From positions 5,456,001 to 5,520,000 of the forward strand of contig NC_092006.1 in NCBI RefSeq assembly GCF_044704955.1: a stretch of DNA of 64,000 nucleotides, given 5' to 3'. The stretch's first letter is position 1. Each line of letters begins with the position of its first letter. The notes beneath the pieces were generated by a model. It had not been told where the DNA came from. It saw only the letters and a program-made list of their open reading frames with translations, and searched no databases. Shown in pieces: positions 1 to 12,908 of the stretch. Position numbers and translations under genes: made by a program. This DNA is from Pristiophorus japonicus (Eukaryota).

Positions 1-182
1 AATTCTTCAGTATTAGAGTCAAATTTAGCTTTTAAGTTTTGTATAACTTCATGTATCAAGGGGGAATAGAAGTTGCCATTCAATTGCCAACAATAGAGGG
101 CAGCCTTTTCTTTGTTATCCTCCCTTTTCTCTTCTTTAATCCCATTAAAGAACTGATGGATTTTATTTGGAGGGAGCTGCAT

Positions 183-533
183 TTACATTCCTTCCTTTGT
201 GCAATAAATTGTGGCTCCTAGTTTGCACAAAGTCTGTCTTCCCAATAAAGGGAGCGGTGTTGTTTTAGAGACTATCAAAGTCTCATCATTAACTGATTGT
301 CCTTCAATTATCAATTTGGTAGGTTCAGATAAAAATTCTTTCATGGGGATACCGGCCACGCCCAAACTTAAGACGGTGGTGTTGCTTACAGATAATCCCA
401 CAGAGGATGGTACAGAAGGCATAGTAGCACCGGTATCCACCAGGAACTTCACATAAGTGTCTCCTACTTTTACTACTGCCAGAGGGTTTTCTTCTATGTC
501 CGCTGATAGGCGGGGTGCTGCCGCCTGTACCAC
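183..533 (-). mobile_element. Endogenous retrovirus aspartic protease region (pro); pol probably continues off the left edge
   Basis: ORF contains FLVDTGA (retroviral protease active site) and a downstream LLGR motif; lies 3' of the gag remnants on the same strand. Confidence 0.9.
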
Positions 534-539
534 TCAGCC

Positions 540-1301
540 TCCGGGGCATCCCTATGCTGATTATTCTGTGCCTGTCCTCGTCCCTTTTGCTGATTTACTG
601 ACCTGCTGTTTTAGCCTTATTTTCCTTATAGGTAAATAGTCCCTCTCTATCCATGTTAGCCAGTACTGTAACTGTCTCTTTCCAACTTTTTCCTTGCCAG
701 TCCAAAACCTTTATTTTGTATGTTCTTGCTTGTTGTGGCAACATACAATTTAACAAGGTTTGCACTGCCAAAGGTTCATCTTTTACCCCTTTCCAAGAGG
801 ACCCATATGCTGCCTGCAGTCATAATTTCACATCTCCAGGGAGGGGGTTATAAATGGTACAGGTTTGCTCAAGCCAGTTGTGAAAGGCTACTGGCTTCGT
901 AACAGGATTAGGGGCGGCTGTTATTTTTTTTAAAAACAATTATCCATATAATCTTTATCCCAAGTGGGGTCCCCTGTCCCATTTTTGGTGGTCTGTCTCC
1001 ATTCCTCAATTAAGGACAATTTAAAACTTCCTCCATATGGCCAATCCCCATCAGACCAACCGTACAAATCTCTACTAAACGTTACCGCGTATCTGTCGTC
1101 TCCTGTGTCTTTAATTACAGTGTCCGCCGGCGAGCCGGGCGGCACGATGGGATCTCCTACCTTCTCTCGTTGCTTTGCTACCTTACGGATTCTTTTCTCA
1201 GTCTTAGGATGTACTTTCATTCTTTCAGTCGAGAGGTCGTCCTTCTTTCCTTTTCTAGGAGCTGGGCGCGAGCGCCCTGCTCGACTAGAGCCGTTTCCCA
1301 T
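540..1301 (-). mobile_element. Degenerate, internally deleted ERV gag
   Basis: ORF 930-1301 starts MGNGSS (myristoylation-type MGxxxS) and contains WPYGGSF, resembling class I ERV matrix; a capsid-like fragment (TCTIYNPLPGDV) lies near 830-900; the region is far too short for an intact gag. Confidence 0.75.
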
Positions 1302-1617
1302 TCTGCCGGGTGCAACGTCTCGCGATCTTTTCTGAAATGAGAGTTAGGACAATCCTACAAAATATACAATAATTTACAAAGCGCTCACCGGTGTTCTCTT
1401 TTCTGCTCAGCTCGGGGTCTCCTTTCTCCTTTTTGTTATTTTAGCTTCTTTGCGGTAGCTACCTTATGCCTCACCCCCCCCAGGGGATCTCGGCGGCCCG
1501 TCCCCCTTTTGCTAGGACGGCCTTGGCACCTTCCTCCTTTCAGCTAGGAAGGTCCTTAAAATTCCTCTTTTCTCTTTAAAAGTTAAATTTAATTCTTTTG
1601 GATCTCGTTTTTTAGAG

Positions 1618-1636
1618 ATCCTGCCGGACTACGCCA
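1618..1636 (-). promoter_or_regulatory. ERV primer-binding site, tRNA-Ser type
   Basis: Minus strand reads TGGCGTAGTCCGGCAGGAT, complementary (with one extra C) to the vertebrate tRNA-Ser 3' end ...ATCCTGCCGACTACGCCA, 5 nt downstream of the LTR-terminal CA. Confidence 0.8.
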
Positions 1637-1641
1637 GAATC

Positions 1642-2104
1642 TGTCGAGGAAATATTTAGCTTAAATTAACTCAGGCGGAGACTTTCAGAAGTGCACTTCG
1701 AGAGAATTTATTTTAAAAAGCGAGATAAATCTCGGAGAGCCTGCTTGGACCGTACCAAGGCAAAAACTCTGCCGTACAGGCAAATTGTCCCTATCTTTAT
1801 ACAGAAATTGAATACAGAAATATAAAAGGAATCTTATTCATTAGTCCCGCGAGTACAAAGGTCGTCTCGGGAGGTACACACTCTATCTGTCCTTGCATAG
1901 TTTCTTTCTGTTCACAGTCTGATAAGCAGAATAAAAGGAGACTCCCTTTTAATCCCAGATGGTCATTTAATTGCATCTCTAAGTTTCAAGGCTAAAAAAG
2001 CGTGGCTATTTTTCTAGTCCTATTATTTCTTTAAGCATAGCAAAAACAGAATTTAACCCTTCCCTTTTCCATAAGCCATAGATTCATAGATTCTTTCTTC
2101 CACA
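1642..2104 (-). mobile_element. ERV 5' LTR (~460 bp)
   Basis: TG...CA ends on the minus strand, TATAAA (~1796-1801) and AATAAA (~1707-1712) in LTR order, followed by the PBS; abuts a SINE minisatellite at ~2105. Confidence 0.65.
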
Positions 2105-2405
2105 GGCACTCCCTCAGTACCGCCCCTACAACAATGCGGCGCTCCCTCAGTACTGCCCCTCCGACACTCCCGCCCCTCTGACGGTACTGCTGTTCCCTCA
2201 GTACCGCCCCTCCGACAGTGCGACGCTCCCTCGGTACTGCCCCTCCGACAGTGTGACGCTCCCTCGGTACTGCCCCTCCGACAGTGTGACGCTCCCTCAG
2301 CACTGCACTGGAGTGTCAGCATAAATATTTGTGCTCAAGTCTCTGGAGTGGGACTTGGACACACAACATTCTGATTCAGAGGTGAGCATGCTGCCCACTG
2401 AGCCA
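2105..2405 (-). mobile_element. tRNA-derived (Deu-type) SINE fragment with 33-bp internal tandem repeat
   Basis: tRNA-like head plus CCCTCAGTACTGCCCCTCCGACAGTGCGGCGCT units; same element at 17633-18174, 25920-26585 and 42320-43090. Confidence 0.7.
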
Positions 2406-2934
2406 TGAGTAAACCAGATGAGTTTTTACGACAATCCAGTAGTTTTATGGTCACTATTACAGAGTTGAACTGTTAATCCCAGATTTATTAACTGAATTTA
2501 AATTCCCCAGCTGCCCTGGTGGGATTTGAACTCTGGTTTGCGGATCATTATTCCGGGCCTGGGGATTAGTAACGCAGTAATTTACCACTACGCTGACGGG
2601 TCTGCCTTCTCTTACAGTCAGCGTCGATGGCAGTATCGATACTGTGAGGAGTTCCCCACTACCGTTGTCTGATTGGGGCTGCACTGTGACGCGGGAGATT
2701 TCAATAAAAGAGTGATAAGTCTGGTGGCCAAACGAGTCTCGTCTTTTTTTGGGTTGCTGTCCGATGGACATCTTACGCCGTTGTCCGCTCGGGACACGGA
2801 AGAGCACTTCAGCGACTGGGAGAGCTTGACACCGAGCCCAGGGTAGCGGTTGGTGGGAGAGTGGGGGGGCACCTGGAGTGGGCCGGGGACTGAGCGAAGG
2901 TTCGCGAGAGCTGGGATTTCAGGGGGACCATTGC

Positions 2935-3838
2935 TGGGTAGCGGTGTGAGCTGTGAGGAGGACGCTAAGAGGCTGCAAGGTGACTTGAACAGGTTAGGTG
3001 AGTGGGCAAATGCAAGGCACATGCAGTATAATGTGCATAAATGTGAGGTTATCCACTTTGGTGGTAAAAACAGGAAGGCAGAATGTTATCTGAATGGTGA
3101 CAGATTAGGAAAAGGGGCGGTGCAACGAGACCTGGGTGTCATGGTACATCAGTCATTGAAGGTTGGCATGCAGGTACAGCAGGCGGTGCAGAAGGCAAAT
3201 GGTATGTTGGCTTTCATAGCGAGAGGATTTGAGTATAGGAGCAGGGAGGTCTTACTGCAGTTGTACAGGGCCTTGGTGAGGCCTCACCTGGAATATTGTG
3301 TTCAGTTTTGGTCTCCTAATCTGAGGAAGGACGTTCTTGCTATTGAGGGAGTGCAGCGAAGGTTCACCAGACTGATTCCCAGAATGGCAGGACTGACATA
3401 TGAAGAAAGACTGGATCGACTCGGCTTATATTCACTGGAGTTTAGAAGAATGAGAGGAGATTTCATATAAATATATAAAATTCTCACGGGATTGGACAGA
3501 TTAGATGCAGGAAGAATGTTCCCGATGTTGGGGAAGTCCAGAACCAGGGGTCACAATCTAAGGATAAGGGGTAAGCCATTTAGGACCGAGATTAGGAGAA
3601 ACTTCTTCACTCAGAGAATTGTGAACCTGTGGAATTCTCTGCCACAGAAAGTTGTTGAGGCCAGTTCGTTGGATATATTCAAAAGGGAGTTAGATATGGT
3701 CCTTACGGCTAACGAGATCAAGGGGTAAGGAGAGAAAGCAGGAATGGGGCACTGAGGGAATGTTCAGCCATGATCTTATTGAATGGTGGTGCAGGCTCGA
3801 AGGGCCGAATGGCCTACTCCTGCACCTATTTTCTATGT
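2935..3838 (+). mobile_element. CR1-type LINE 3' fragment (HER1-like)
   Basis: RT C-terminal peptide [19 protein letters not shown]...RNFFTQRIVNLWNSLP followed by the conserved 3' tail. Confidence 0.9.
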
Positions 3839-4799
3839 TGACAGTCGGAGGTGAGGCATAGATACAGGCCTTTCTAGTCTGCACCGCCATTCAATGAGTT
3901 CATGGCTGAACATGCAGTTAGAGAAAGAATTCAGGGAGCGAATTCAGAATTCCTGAGCGTACTGACGGAATGTTGGGCTTCCATGGGAACAAGAGTCGGC
4001 CATTCGGCCCCTCGAGCCTGCTCCGCCCTTCAATAAGATCACGGCCGACCTTCGACCTCAACTCCACTTTCCCGCCCGATCCCTTGACTCCCCCCAGTTT
4101 CCAAAAATCTATCGATCTCAGCCTTGAATATATTCAACGACTGAGCCTCCACAGCCTCTGTGGCAGAGAATTCCAAAGATTCACCTCCCTCTGAGTGAAG
4201 AAATTCCTCCTCATCTCAGTCCTAAATGGCCGACCCCTTATCCTGAGACTGTGTGACCCCTGGTTCTAGACTCTCCAGCCCGGGGGGAAACACCCTCCCT
4301 GCATCTACCCTGTCAAGCCCTGTAAGAATTTTATATGTTTCAATGAGATCACCTCTCATTCTTCTAAACTCTCGAGAATATAGACCTAGTCTCCTCATAG
4401 GACAATCCCCCCATCCCAGGAATCAGTCTGGTGAACCTTCGCTGCACTCCCTCTATGGCAAGTATATCCTTCCTTAGGTAAGGAGACTCAAACTGTGCAC
4501 AGTACTCCAGGTGTGGTCTCACCAGGGCCCGATATAATTGCAGTAAGACATCCTTATTCTTATATTCCATCTTGCTGCGAGTTAGGACACAGGGCGACAG
4601 AGTTTTGTTGGCCTCATGTTTAAGGAGGTAGAACGTGGGAGGCCAGGAGAGCATTGGAATACAAGTGTAAGGGCGAAGATGAAAGCTCCCAATCAGTACC
4701 CAGGTTAAAGAAATGGCCCCTTTGAGGGATGTGAATGGCTCCTCCTGGACTCTGCTCTCTGTTGATGCCCTTTGGTGTGAAGCTACCGCACAGCCGCTG

Positions 4800-6200
4800 C
4801 CTCTCCAGCAGGTGGCGCTGTAACATCCCCTCCTTCTCCAGCAGGTGGTGCTGTAACATCCCCTCCCTCTCCAGCAGGTGGCGCTGTAACATCCCCTCCC
4901 TCTCCAGCAGGTGGTGCTGTAACATCCCCATTCACTCCAAGAGTTGGCGCCGTAACAGTCCCATTCTCTCCAGCAGGTGGCACTGTAACATACACTCCCT
5001 CTCCAGCAGGTGGCGCCGTAACAGTCCCGTTCTCTTCAGCAGGTGGCACTGTAACATACACTCACTCTCCAGCAGGTGGCGCCGTAACAGTCCCATTCTC
5101 TCCAGCAGGTGGCACTGTAACATACACTCCCTCTCCAGCAGGTGGCGCCGTAACAGTCCCATTCTCTTCAGCAGGTGGCACTGTAACAGCCCCTCCCTCT
5201 CCAGCAGGTGGCGGTGTAACATCCCCTCCCACTCCAGCAGGTGGCGCTGTAACAGTCCCATTCTCTCCAGCAGGTGGCACTGTAACATACCCTCCCTATC
5301 CAGCAGGTGGCGCTGTAACAGTCCCATTCTCTCCAGCAGGAGGCGCTGTAACAGTCCCATTCTCTCCAGCAGGTGGTGTTGTAACATCCCCATTCTCTCC
5401 AGCAGGTGGCGCTATAACATACCCTCCGTCTCCAGCAGATGACGCTGTAGCATCCCCATTCTCTTCATCAGGCGGCGCTGTAACATACTCTCCCTCTCCA
5501 GCAGGTGGCGCTGTAACAGACCCTCCCACTCCAACAGGTGGCGCTGTAACAGACCCTCCCACTCCAACAGGTGGCGTTGTAACAGACCCTCCCTCTCCAA
5601 CAGGTGGCGCTGTAACAGACCCTCCCACTCCAACAGGTGGCGCTGTAACAGACCCTCCCACTCCAACAGGTGGCGCTGTAGCAGACCCTCCCTCTCCAGC
5701 AGGCGGTGCTGTAACATCCCCATTCACTCCAACAGGTGGTGTTGTAATATACCTTCCCTCTCCAGCAGGAGACGCTGTAATATCCCCATTCTCTCCAGCA
5801 AGTGACGCTGTAACATCTCCTCGCTCTCCAGCAGGTGGCGCTGTAACCCCCATTCTCTCCATCAGGCGGTGCTGCAACATCCCCTGCCTCTCCAGTAGGT
5901 GGCGCTGTAACCCCCATTCTCTCCATCAGGTGGTGCTGCAACATCCCCTCCCTCTCCAGCAGGTGGCGCTGTAACCCCCATTCTCTCCAGCAGGTGGCGC
6001 TGTATCAAGGATCAAGGGGTATGGCGAGAAAGCAGGAATGGGGTACTAAAGTTGCATGTTCAGCCATGAACTCATTGAATGGCGGTGCAGGCTCGAAGGG
6101 CCGAATGGCCTACACCTGCACCTATTTTCTATGTTTCTATGTATCATCCCCTCCCTTTCCAGCAGGCGGCGCTGTAACATCCCCCATTCTCTCCAGCAGG
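4800..6200 (+). repeat. 30-bp minisatellite (~40 units), most units carrying a CTCF-consensus motif
   Basis: Unit CTCTCCAGCAGGTGGCGCTGTAACATCCCC; the core CCAGCAGGTGGCGC matches the CTCF core consensus; a LINE tail interrupts it at ~6005-6142. Confidence 0.9.
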
Positions 6201-6203
6201 TGA

Positions 6204-7545
6204 AACATAGAAAATAGGTGCAGGAGTAGGCCATTCGGCCCTTCGAGCCTGCACCACCATTCAATAAGATCATGTCTGATCATTCACCTCAGTACCCCTT
6301 TCCTGCTTTCTCTCCATACCTCTTGATCCCTTTAGCTGTAAGGGCCACATCTAACTCCCTCCTGAATATATCCAATGAACTGGCATCAATAACTCTCTGC
6401 GGTAGGGAATTCCACAGGTTAACAACTCTCTAAGTGAAGACGTTTCTCCTCATCTCAGTCCTAAATGGCTTACCCCTTATCCTCAGACTGTGACCCCTGG
6501 CTCTGGACTTCCCCAACATCGGGAACATTCTTCCTGCATCTAACCTGTCCAGTCCCGTCAGAATTTTATATGTTTCTATGAGATCCCCTCTCATCCTTCT
6601 GAACTCCAATGAATAAAGGCCCAGTTGATTCAGTCTCTCCTCATATGTCAGTCCAGCCATCCCTGGAATCAGTCTGGTGAACCTTCGCTGCACTCTCTCA
6701 ATAGTAAGAACGTCCTTCCTCAGATTAGGAGACCAAAACTGAACACAATATTCCAGGTGAGGTCTTACCAAGGCCCTGTACAACTGCAGTAAGACCTCCC
6801 TGCTTCTATACTCAAATCCCCTAGCTATGAAGGCCAACATACCATTTGCCTTCTTCAGTGCCTGCTGTACCTGCATGCCAACTTTCAATGGCTGATGAAC
6901 CACGACACCCAGGTCTCGTAGAGGATTTGAGAATAGGAGCAGGGAGGTCTTACTGCAGTTGTAGAGAGCCTTGGTGAGGCCACACCTGGAATATTGTGTT
7001 CAGTTTTGGTCTCCTAATCTGAGGAAGGATGTTCTTGCTATTGAGGGAGTTCAGCAAAGGTTCGCCAGACTGATTCCCGGGATGGCAGGATTGACATATG
7101 AGGAGAGACTGGATCGACTGGGCCTGTATCCACTGGAGTTTAGAAGAATGAGAGGGGGATCTCATAGAAACATATAAAATTCTGACGGGACTGGACAGGT
7201 TAGATGCAGGAAGAATATTCCCGATGTTGGGGAAGTCCAGAAGCAGGGGTCACAGTCTAAGGATAAGGGGTAAGCCATTTAGGACCGAGATGAGGAGAAA
7301 CTTCTTCACTCAGAGAGTTGTAAACCTGTGGAATTCTCTACCACAGAAAGTTGTTGAGGCCAGTTCATTAGATATATTCAAAAGGGAGTTAGATGTGGCC
7401 CTTACGGTCAAAGGGATCAAGGGCAATGGAGAGAAAGCAAGAAAGGCGTACTGAGGTTGAATAATCAGCCATGATCTTATTGAATGGCGGTATAGGCTCG
7501 AAGGGCCGAATGGCCTGCTCCTGCACCTAATTGCTATGTTTCTAT
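6204..7545. mobile_element. Two CR1 LINE 3' fragments joined head-to-head (6204-6918 minus; 6919-7545 plus), inserted in the minisatellite
   Basis: RT peptides on opposite strands meet at ~6918, each with its own 3' tail pointing outward. Confidence 0.85.
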
Positions 7546-7890
7546 GTAACATCCCCATGCTCTCCAGCAGGTGGCGCTGTAACACCCCCATTCTCTCCAG
7601 CAGGTGGCGCTGTAACATCCCCATCCCTCTCCAGCAGGTGGTGCGGTAACATCCCCATTGTCTCCAGCAGGTGGCGCTGTAACACCCCTCCTTCTCCACC
7701 AGGTGGTGCTGTAACATCACCTCCTCCAGCAGGTGGCACTGTAACATCCCCCCTTCTCCACCAGGTGGCGCTGTAACATCACCTCCTCCAACAGGTGGCA
7801 CTGTAACATCCCCTCCCTTCTCCACCAGGTAGCGCTGTAACATCAGCTCCTCCAGCAGGTGGCGCTGTAACATCCCCTCCCTCTCCAACA
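7546..7890 (+). repeat. Continuation of the CTCF-motif minisatellite (~11 units)
   Basis: Same CCAGCAGGTGGCGCTGTAACA unit, same orientation. Confidence 0.9.
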
Positions 7891-8577
7891 GGACTCCTGT
7901 CGGAACCTCAGCACAGAAGGAGGCCATTCAGCCCGTGCCGGCTCTCTGTAAGAGCACTTCAGCTAGTCCCACTCCCCTGCCCTTTCCCGTTGCCCTGTAG
8001 ATTGTTTTTTCCTTCAGGTACTTATCCAACTCACTTTTGAAAGCCATGATTGAGTCTGCCTCCAGCACCCTCTCAAGCAGCACATTCCAGATCCTAACCA
8101 CTAGCTGCGGAAAAAGTTATTGCTCCTGTTACCTTTGGTTCTTCTGCCAATCGCCTTAAATCTGTGTCCTCTGGTTCTCAACCCGTCCGGCGATGTGAAC
8201 AGTTTCTCCCTCTGTACTCTGTCTAGACCCCTCATGACTTTGAACGCCTGTATCAAATCTGCTCTCAACTTTCTCTAGTCTAAGAAGAACAACTGCCAAC
8301 TGAGCTGGTGATAAACTTCTTGAGTGCTGTCGGAGCTGCAACTCATCCAGGCAAGTGACGAGTGTTCCATCACACTCCTGACTTGTGCCTTGTAGACGGC
8401 GGAAAGGCTTTGGGGAATCAGGAGGTGAGACACTCGCCGTAGAATACCCAGCCTCTGACCCGCTCTTGTTTACACAGTATTTATGTGACTGATCTGGTTG
8501 TATATTCGATGTAATTCTGTGCAAACCATTTGCAATGTGGCTAGGCAGAGTCACTGCACGAGTTCCCAGCCCCTGTA

Positions 8578-9725
8578 CATAGAAACATAGACAATAGGTG
8601 CAGGAGTAGGTAATTCGGCCCTTCGAGCCTGCACCACCATTCAATAAGATCATGGCTGATCATGCAACTTCAGTACCCCATTCCTGCTTTCTCTCCATAC
8701 CCCTTGATCCCTTTAGCCGTAAGGGCCACATCTAACTCCCTCTTGAATATATCTAACGAATTGGCCTCAACAACTTTCTGTGGTAGAGAATTCCACAGGT
8801 TCACAATTCTCTGAGTGAAGAAGTTTCTCCTCATTTCGGTCCTAAATGGCTTACCCCTTATCCTTAGACTGTGACCCCTGGTTCTGGACTTCCCCAACAT
8901 CGGGAACATTCTTCCTGCATCTAACCTGTCCAGTCCCGTCAGAATTTTATATGTTTCTATTAGATCCCCTCTCATTCTTCTAAACTCCAGTGAATATAAG
9001 CCTAGTCGATCCAGTCTTTCTTCATATGTCAGTCTTGCGATCCCGGGAATCAGTCTGGTGAACCTTCGCTGCACTCCCTCAATAGCAAGAATGTCCTTCC
9101 TCAGATTAGGAGACCAAAACTGAACACAATGTTCCAGGTGTGGCCTCACCAAGGCCCTGTACAACTGCAGTAAGACCTCCCTGCTCCTATACTCAAATCC
9201 TCTCGCTATGAAGGCCAACATGCCATTTGCCTTCTTCACCGCCTGCTGTACCTGCATGCCAACTTTCAATGACTGATGTACCATGACACCCAGGTCTCGT
9301 TGCACCTCCCCTTTTCCTAATCTGTCACCATTCAGATAATATTCTCTCTTCCTGTTTTTGCCCCCAAAGTGGATAACCTCACATTTATCCACATTATACT
9401 GCATCTGCCATGCATTTGCCCACTCACCTAACCTGTCCAAGTCACCCTGCAGCCCCTTAGCATCCTCCTCACAGCTCACACTGCCATCCAGCTTAGTGTC
9501 ATCTGCAAACTTGGAGATATTACATTCAATTCCTTCATCTAAATCATTAATGTATATTGTAAATAGCTGGGGTCCCAGCACTGAACCCTGCGGTACCCCA
9601 CTAGTCACTGCATGCCTTTCTGAAAAAGACCCGTTTATCCCGACTCTCTGCTTCCTGTCTGCCAACCAGTTCTCTATCCACGTCAGTACATTACCCCCAA
9701 TACCATGTGCTTTAATTTTACACAC
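8578..9725 (-). mobile_element. 5'-truncated CR1 LINE with open RT C-terminal region
   Basis: 351-aa ORF with SGVPQGSVLGP and FADD RT motifs running to the LINE 3' tail. Confidence 0.95.
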
Positions 9726-10952
9726 TGTGTCCTCTCCTTACTCACAGAGCACTTCAATCCCCAGATCAATTCTCATCGCCGCCACATATAAAGCGGTCAG
9801 TTTCTGACTGGCACTTCGCAAAAAAACATCTGAAATGTTAAAAAAAAAACTACCCAAACCTCACTGAATGATACGGCACAGGAGGAGGCCATTTGGCCCA
9901 TCCTGCCTGTGCTGGCTTTGTGAATGGGCTGCACCAGCTGGAGAGATCAGGACGTGTGGGGGCTCTGGGTGAGAAGTGGGTCAGAGCTCGATGATTTCAC
10001 CTCTTTAAATTGACACCGACCACATTTTAAGACAATCAAACGCTTTATTATATTCAAGCACAATGGGGGAAAAAATGCAATGATGGCAAACCCAATAAAA
10101 AGAGGGAATGCTGGGAGTACACGGCTGGTCGGTCAGTGTCTGTAGTGGGGACAGACGGGTTAGTGTGGCTCGTAGAGAGGGACCCACTCCCGCAATCCCT
10201 CAGTTACTCATCCCTCCGCCTCACACAGGCTGACTGTGTTTCCAGCGTTTTATAGTGTTATTTTACAAAAAAGAAAGAGAGGGAAAGAGAGAAAGAAAGA
10301 GAAAGAGAGAAGGAAAGAGAGAGAGAAAAAGAGAAAGAGAAGGANNNNNNNNNNNNNNNNNNNNNNNNNNNNNNNNNNNNNNNNNNNNNNNNNNNNNNNN
10401 NNNNNNNNNNNNNNNNNNNNNNNNNNNNNNNNNNNNNNNNNNNNNNNNNNNNNNNNNNNNNNNNNNNNNNNNNNNNNNNNNNNNNNNNNNNNNNNNNNNN
10501 NNNNNNNNNNNNNNNNNNNNNNNNNNNNNNNNNNNNNNNNNNNNNNNNNNNNNNNNNNNNNNNNNNNNNNNNNNNNNNGAGAAGGAAATAGAGAGAGGGA
10601 AGGAAAGAGAAAGAGAAAGAGAGAAAGAGAAGGAAAGCGAGAACGAGAAGGAAAATGAGAGAAAGAGAAGGAAAGAGAGAGAGAGAGAGAAAGAAGGAAA
10701 GAGAGAAAGAGAGAGAGAGAAAGAGAAAGAAAAAAGGAGAAAGAAAAAGGATAAAAAGAGAAAGAGAGAAACAAAAGGAAGGAAAGAAAGACTTGCATTT
10801 ATATAGCACCTTTCTCAACCTCAGGACGTCCCAAAGTGCTTTGCAGCCAATGAAGTACTCTTGAACCAATCACTGTTGTAATGAGGGTTAAAGAACTGGC
10901 AGAGGAGCAGAGGGATTATAGAGTGATGGGTTTATTGCAAGCCCTGCGTTAA

Positions 10953-11117
10953 TCAATAACTTATTTTAAAGTGAATGTTGTTCGGAGGTTTCTTTGTCGA
11001 GTTTGATTTCAGATCAGAGTGTCCGACTGCCGACGGATTCCGTAAACTGATGAATTTTCTCCGGACCATCAGCGTCTCCTCCTGTTCCCACTGAGGCAGT
11101 GACAGTTGACGATGCAG
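10953..11117 (-). pseudogene. Gene 0: candidate cytoplasmic exon (LHRQLSLPQWEQEET...)
   Basis: Pyrimidine tract plus AAG acceptor at 11118-11120; phase-0 reading L-x-R...EQEE parallels the gene 1 exon at 37047-37093; 3' boundary uncertain. Confidence 0.4.
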
Positions 11118-12908
11118 CTTGAGGAAGAATGAGGAAAAAAGAGAGTGACTATACGTTAAGTTCTTCATTGTCTCTAAACGTTTTGGGAAGTCCTGAGATC
11201 TGGACTAGGAATTGAACCCACAAATTTCTGAGTTAAGAGGTGAGAGTGTGAGCAACTGAACCACTGCAAACACCTGGACATATGCACACACACATATAGA
11301 CACAGACATGTACACGTATATACACACACAAGCACATGCACACACACATGTACACAGACGCGCACACACACACACACACAGATATACACACAGCCATGCA
11401 CAGAGACACACGCAAAGTGCTGCAGTACAGCGGGACCTGGGGGTCCTTGTGCATGAAACACAAAATGTTAGTATGCAGGTACAGCAAGTGATCAGGAAGG
11501 CAAATGGCCTTTATTGCAAGAGGGATGGAGTATAAAAGCAGCGAAGTCCTGCTACAACTGTACAGGGTATTGATGAGGCCACACCTGGAGTACTGCGTGC
11601 AGTTTTGGTTTCCATATTTAAGGAAGGATACACTTGCTTTGGAGGCAGTTCAGAGAAGGTTCACTCGGTTGATTCCAGAGATGAGGGGGTTGACTTATGA
11701 CGATAGATTGAGTAGGTTGGACCTACACTCATTGGAGTTCAGAAGAATGAGAGGTGATCTTATCGAAGCGTATAAGATAATGAGGGGGCTCTGGATGCAG
11801 AGAGGTTGTTTACACTGATGGGGGAGACTAGAACTAGGGGGCACGATCTTAGAATGAGGGGCCGCCCATTTAAAACTGAGATGAGGAGGAATTTCTTCTC
11901 TCAGAGGGTTGTAAATCTGTGGAATTCTCTGCCTCAGAGAGCTGTGGAAGCTGGGACATTGAAGGCGGAGATAGACAGATTTTTGAGCGATAAGGGAGTG
12001 AAGGGTTATGGGGAGCGGGCAGGGAAGTGGAGCTGAGTCCATGATCAGATCAGCCATGATCGTATCAAATGGCGGAGCAGGCTCGAGGGGCCGAATGGCC
12101 GACTCCTGCTCCTATTTCTTATGTACTTATGTTCAGACAGGCACAAATACAAACACAGACTCGCCCACATACAAACACAGACATACACACACACAAATGC
12201 ATTCTGACGTCTTGTATAACGGCTTCGCATAGAGGCCATTTAAGAACATGATTTGAGTTACCTTCACAATTACAGATGGGTGTCATCGCATTTTTACATC
12301 CCTATAATAATTCCTGTGGCTAAAGTATTAAAAACAGTAAACCCACCATGGGCAGGAAGGGGGTAATGATGACCTTTATTCTCTGTAGCGATTTGAAAAA
12401 AAGATTGCAAATTCTGAAATAAACACAGAAACTGCTAGAATTACACGGCGGTTTCTGTGTTTATTTCAGAATTAGCAATCTTTTTTTCATATTTTTCGAA
12501 GGCTTTTTCGAAGGCCTATTGCCCGAGACATTGCCCGATGGTTTCTATTAGTAGATGCCAGTGTGGTCGAAGGATTCGTTTTGTTTCCAGTCAGAGCGAC
12601 AAATGGCGATTCGATGGACATTAAGGTGATGTGGACCAGACCTCTGTTCCATTCATGCATAGGCGAAACTGTCCTTTGAAGCTGTCGGCGAACAAAATGT
12701 GAAACGCACATCAATTCTTGTAAATCCTTGATCACCTTCTATAAATATCGAGACTAGAATTGTGAGATGGTCTTTGAATCAATCGTACAAGCCCGTGGAA
12801 AATCTTAAAAATATAATACAGAGGTCAGAGTTGGGGGAGTGACCCGGTTTTGACACAATGTTAAATAGAGTGAGACTGTTGCCGATGTAAACTGGTCCAG
12901 TGACTCAC

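Noticed and set aside
4620-5944. Long repetitive ORFs (SSRWRCN..., VTAPPAGE...) as proteins, or the array as a CRISPR
   Set aside because: These are translations of a 30-bp minisatellite open in several frames; there are no unique spacers and the context is eukaryotic.
10236-10869. K/E/R-rich and F/S/L-rich ORFs spanning N-gaps (also 16426, 36349, 48680, 51519)
   Set aside because: Artefacts of GA-rich simple repeats and runs of N.
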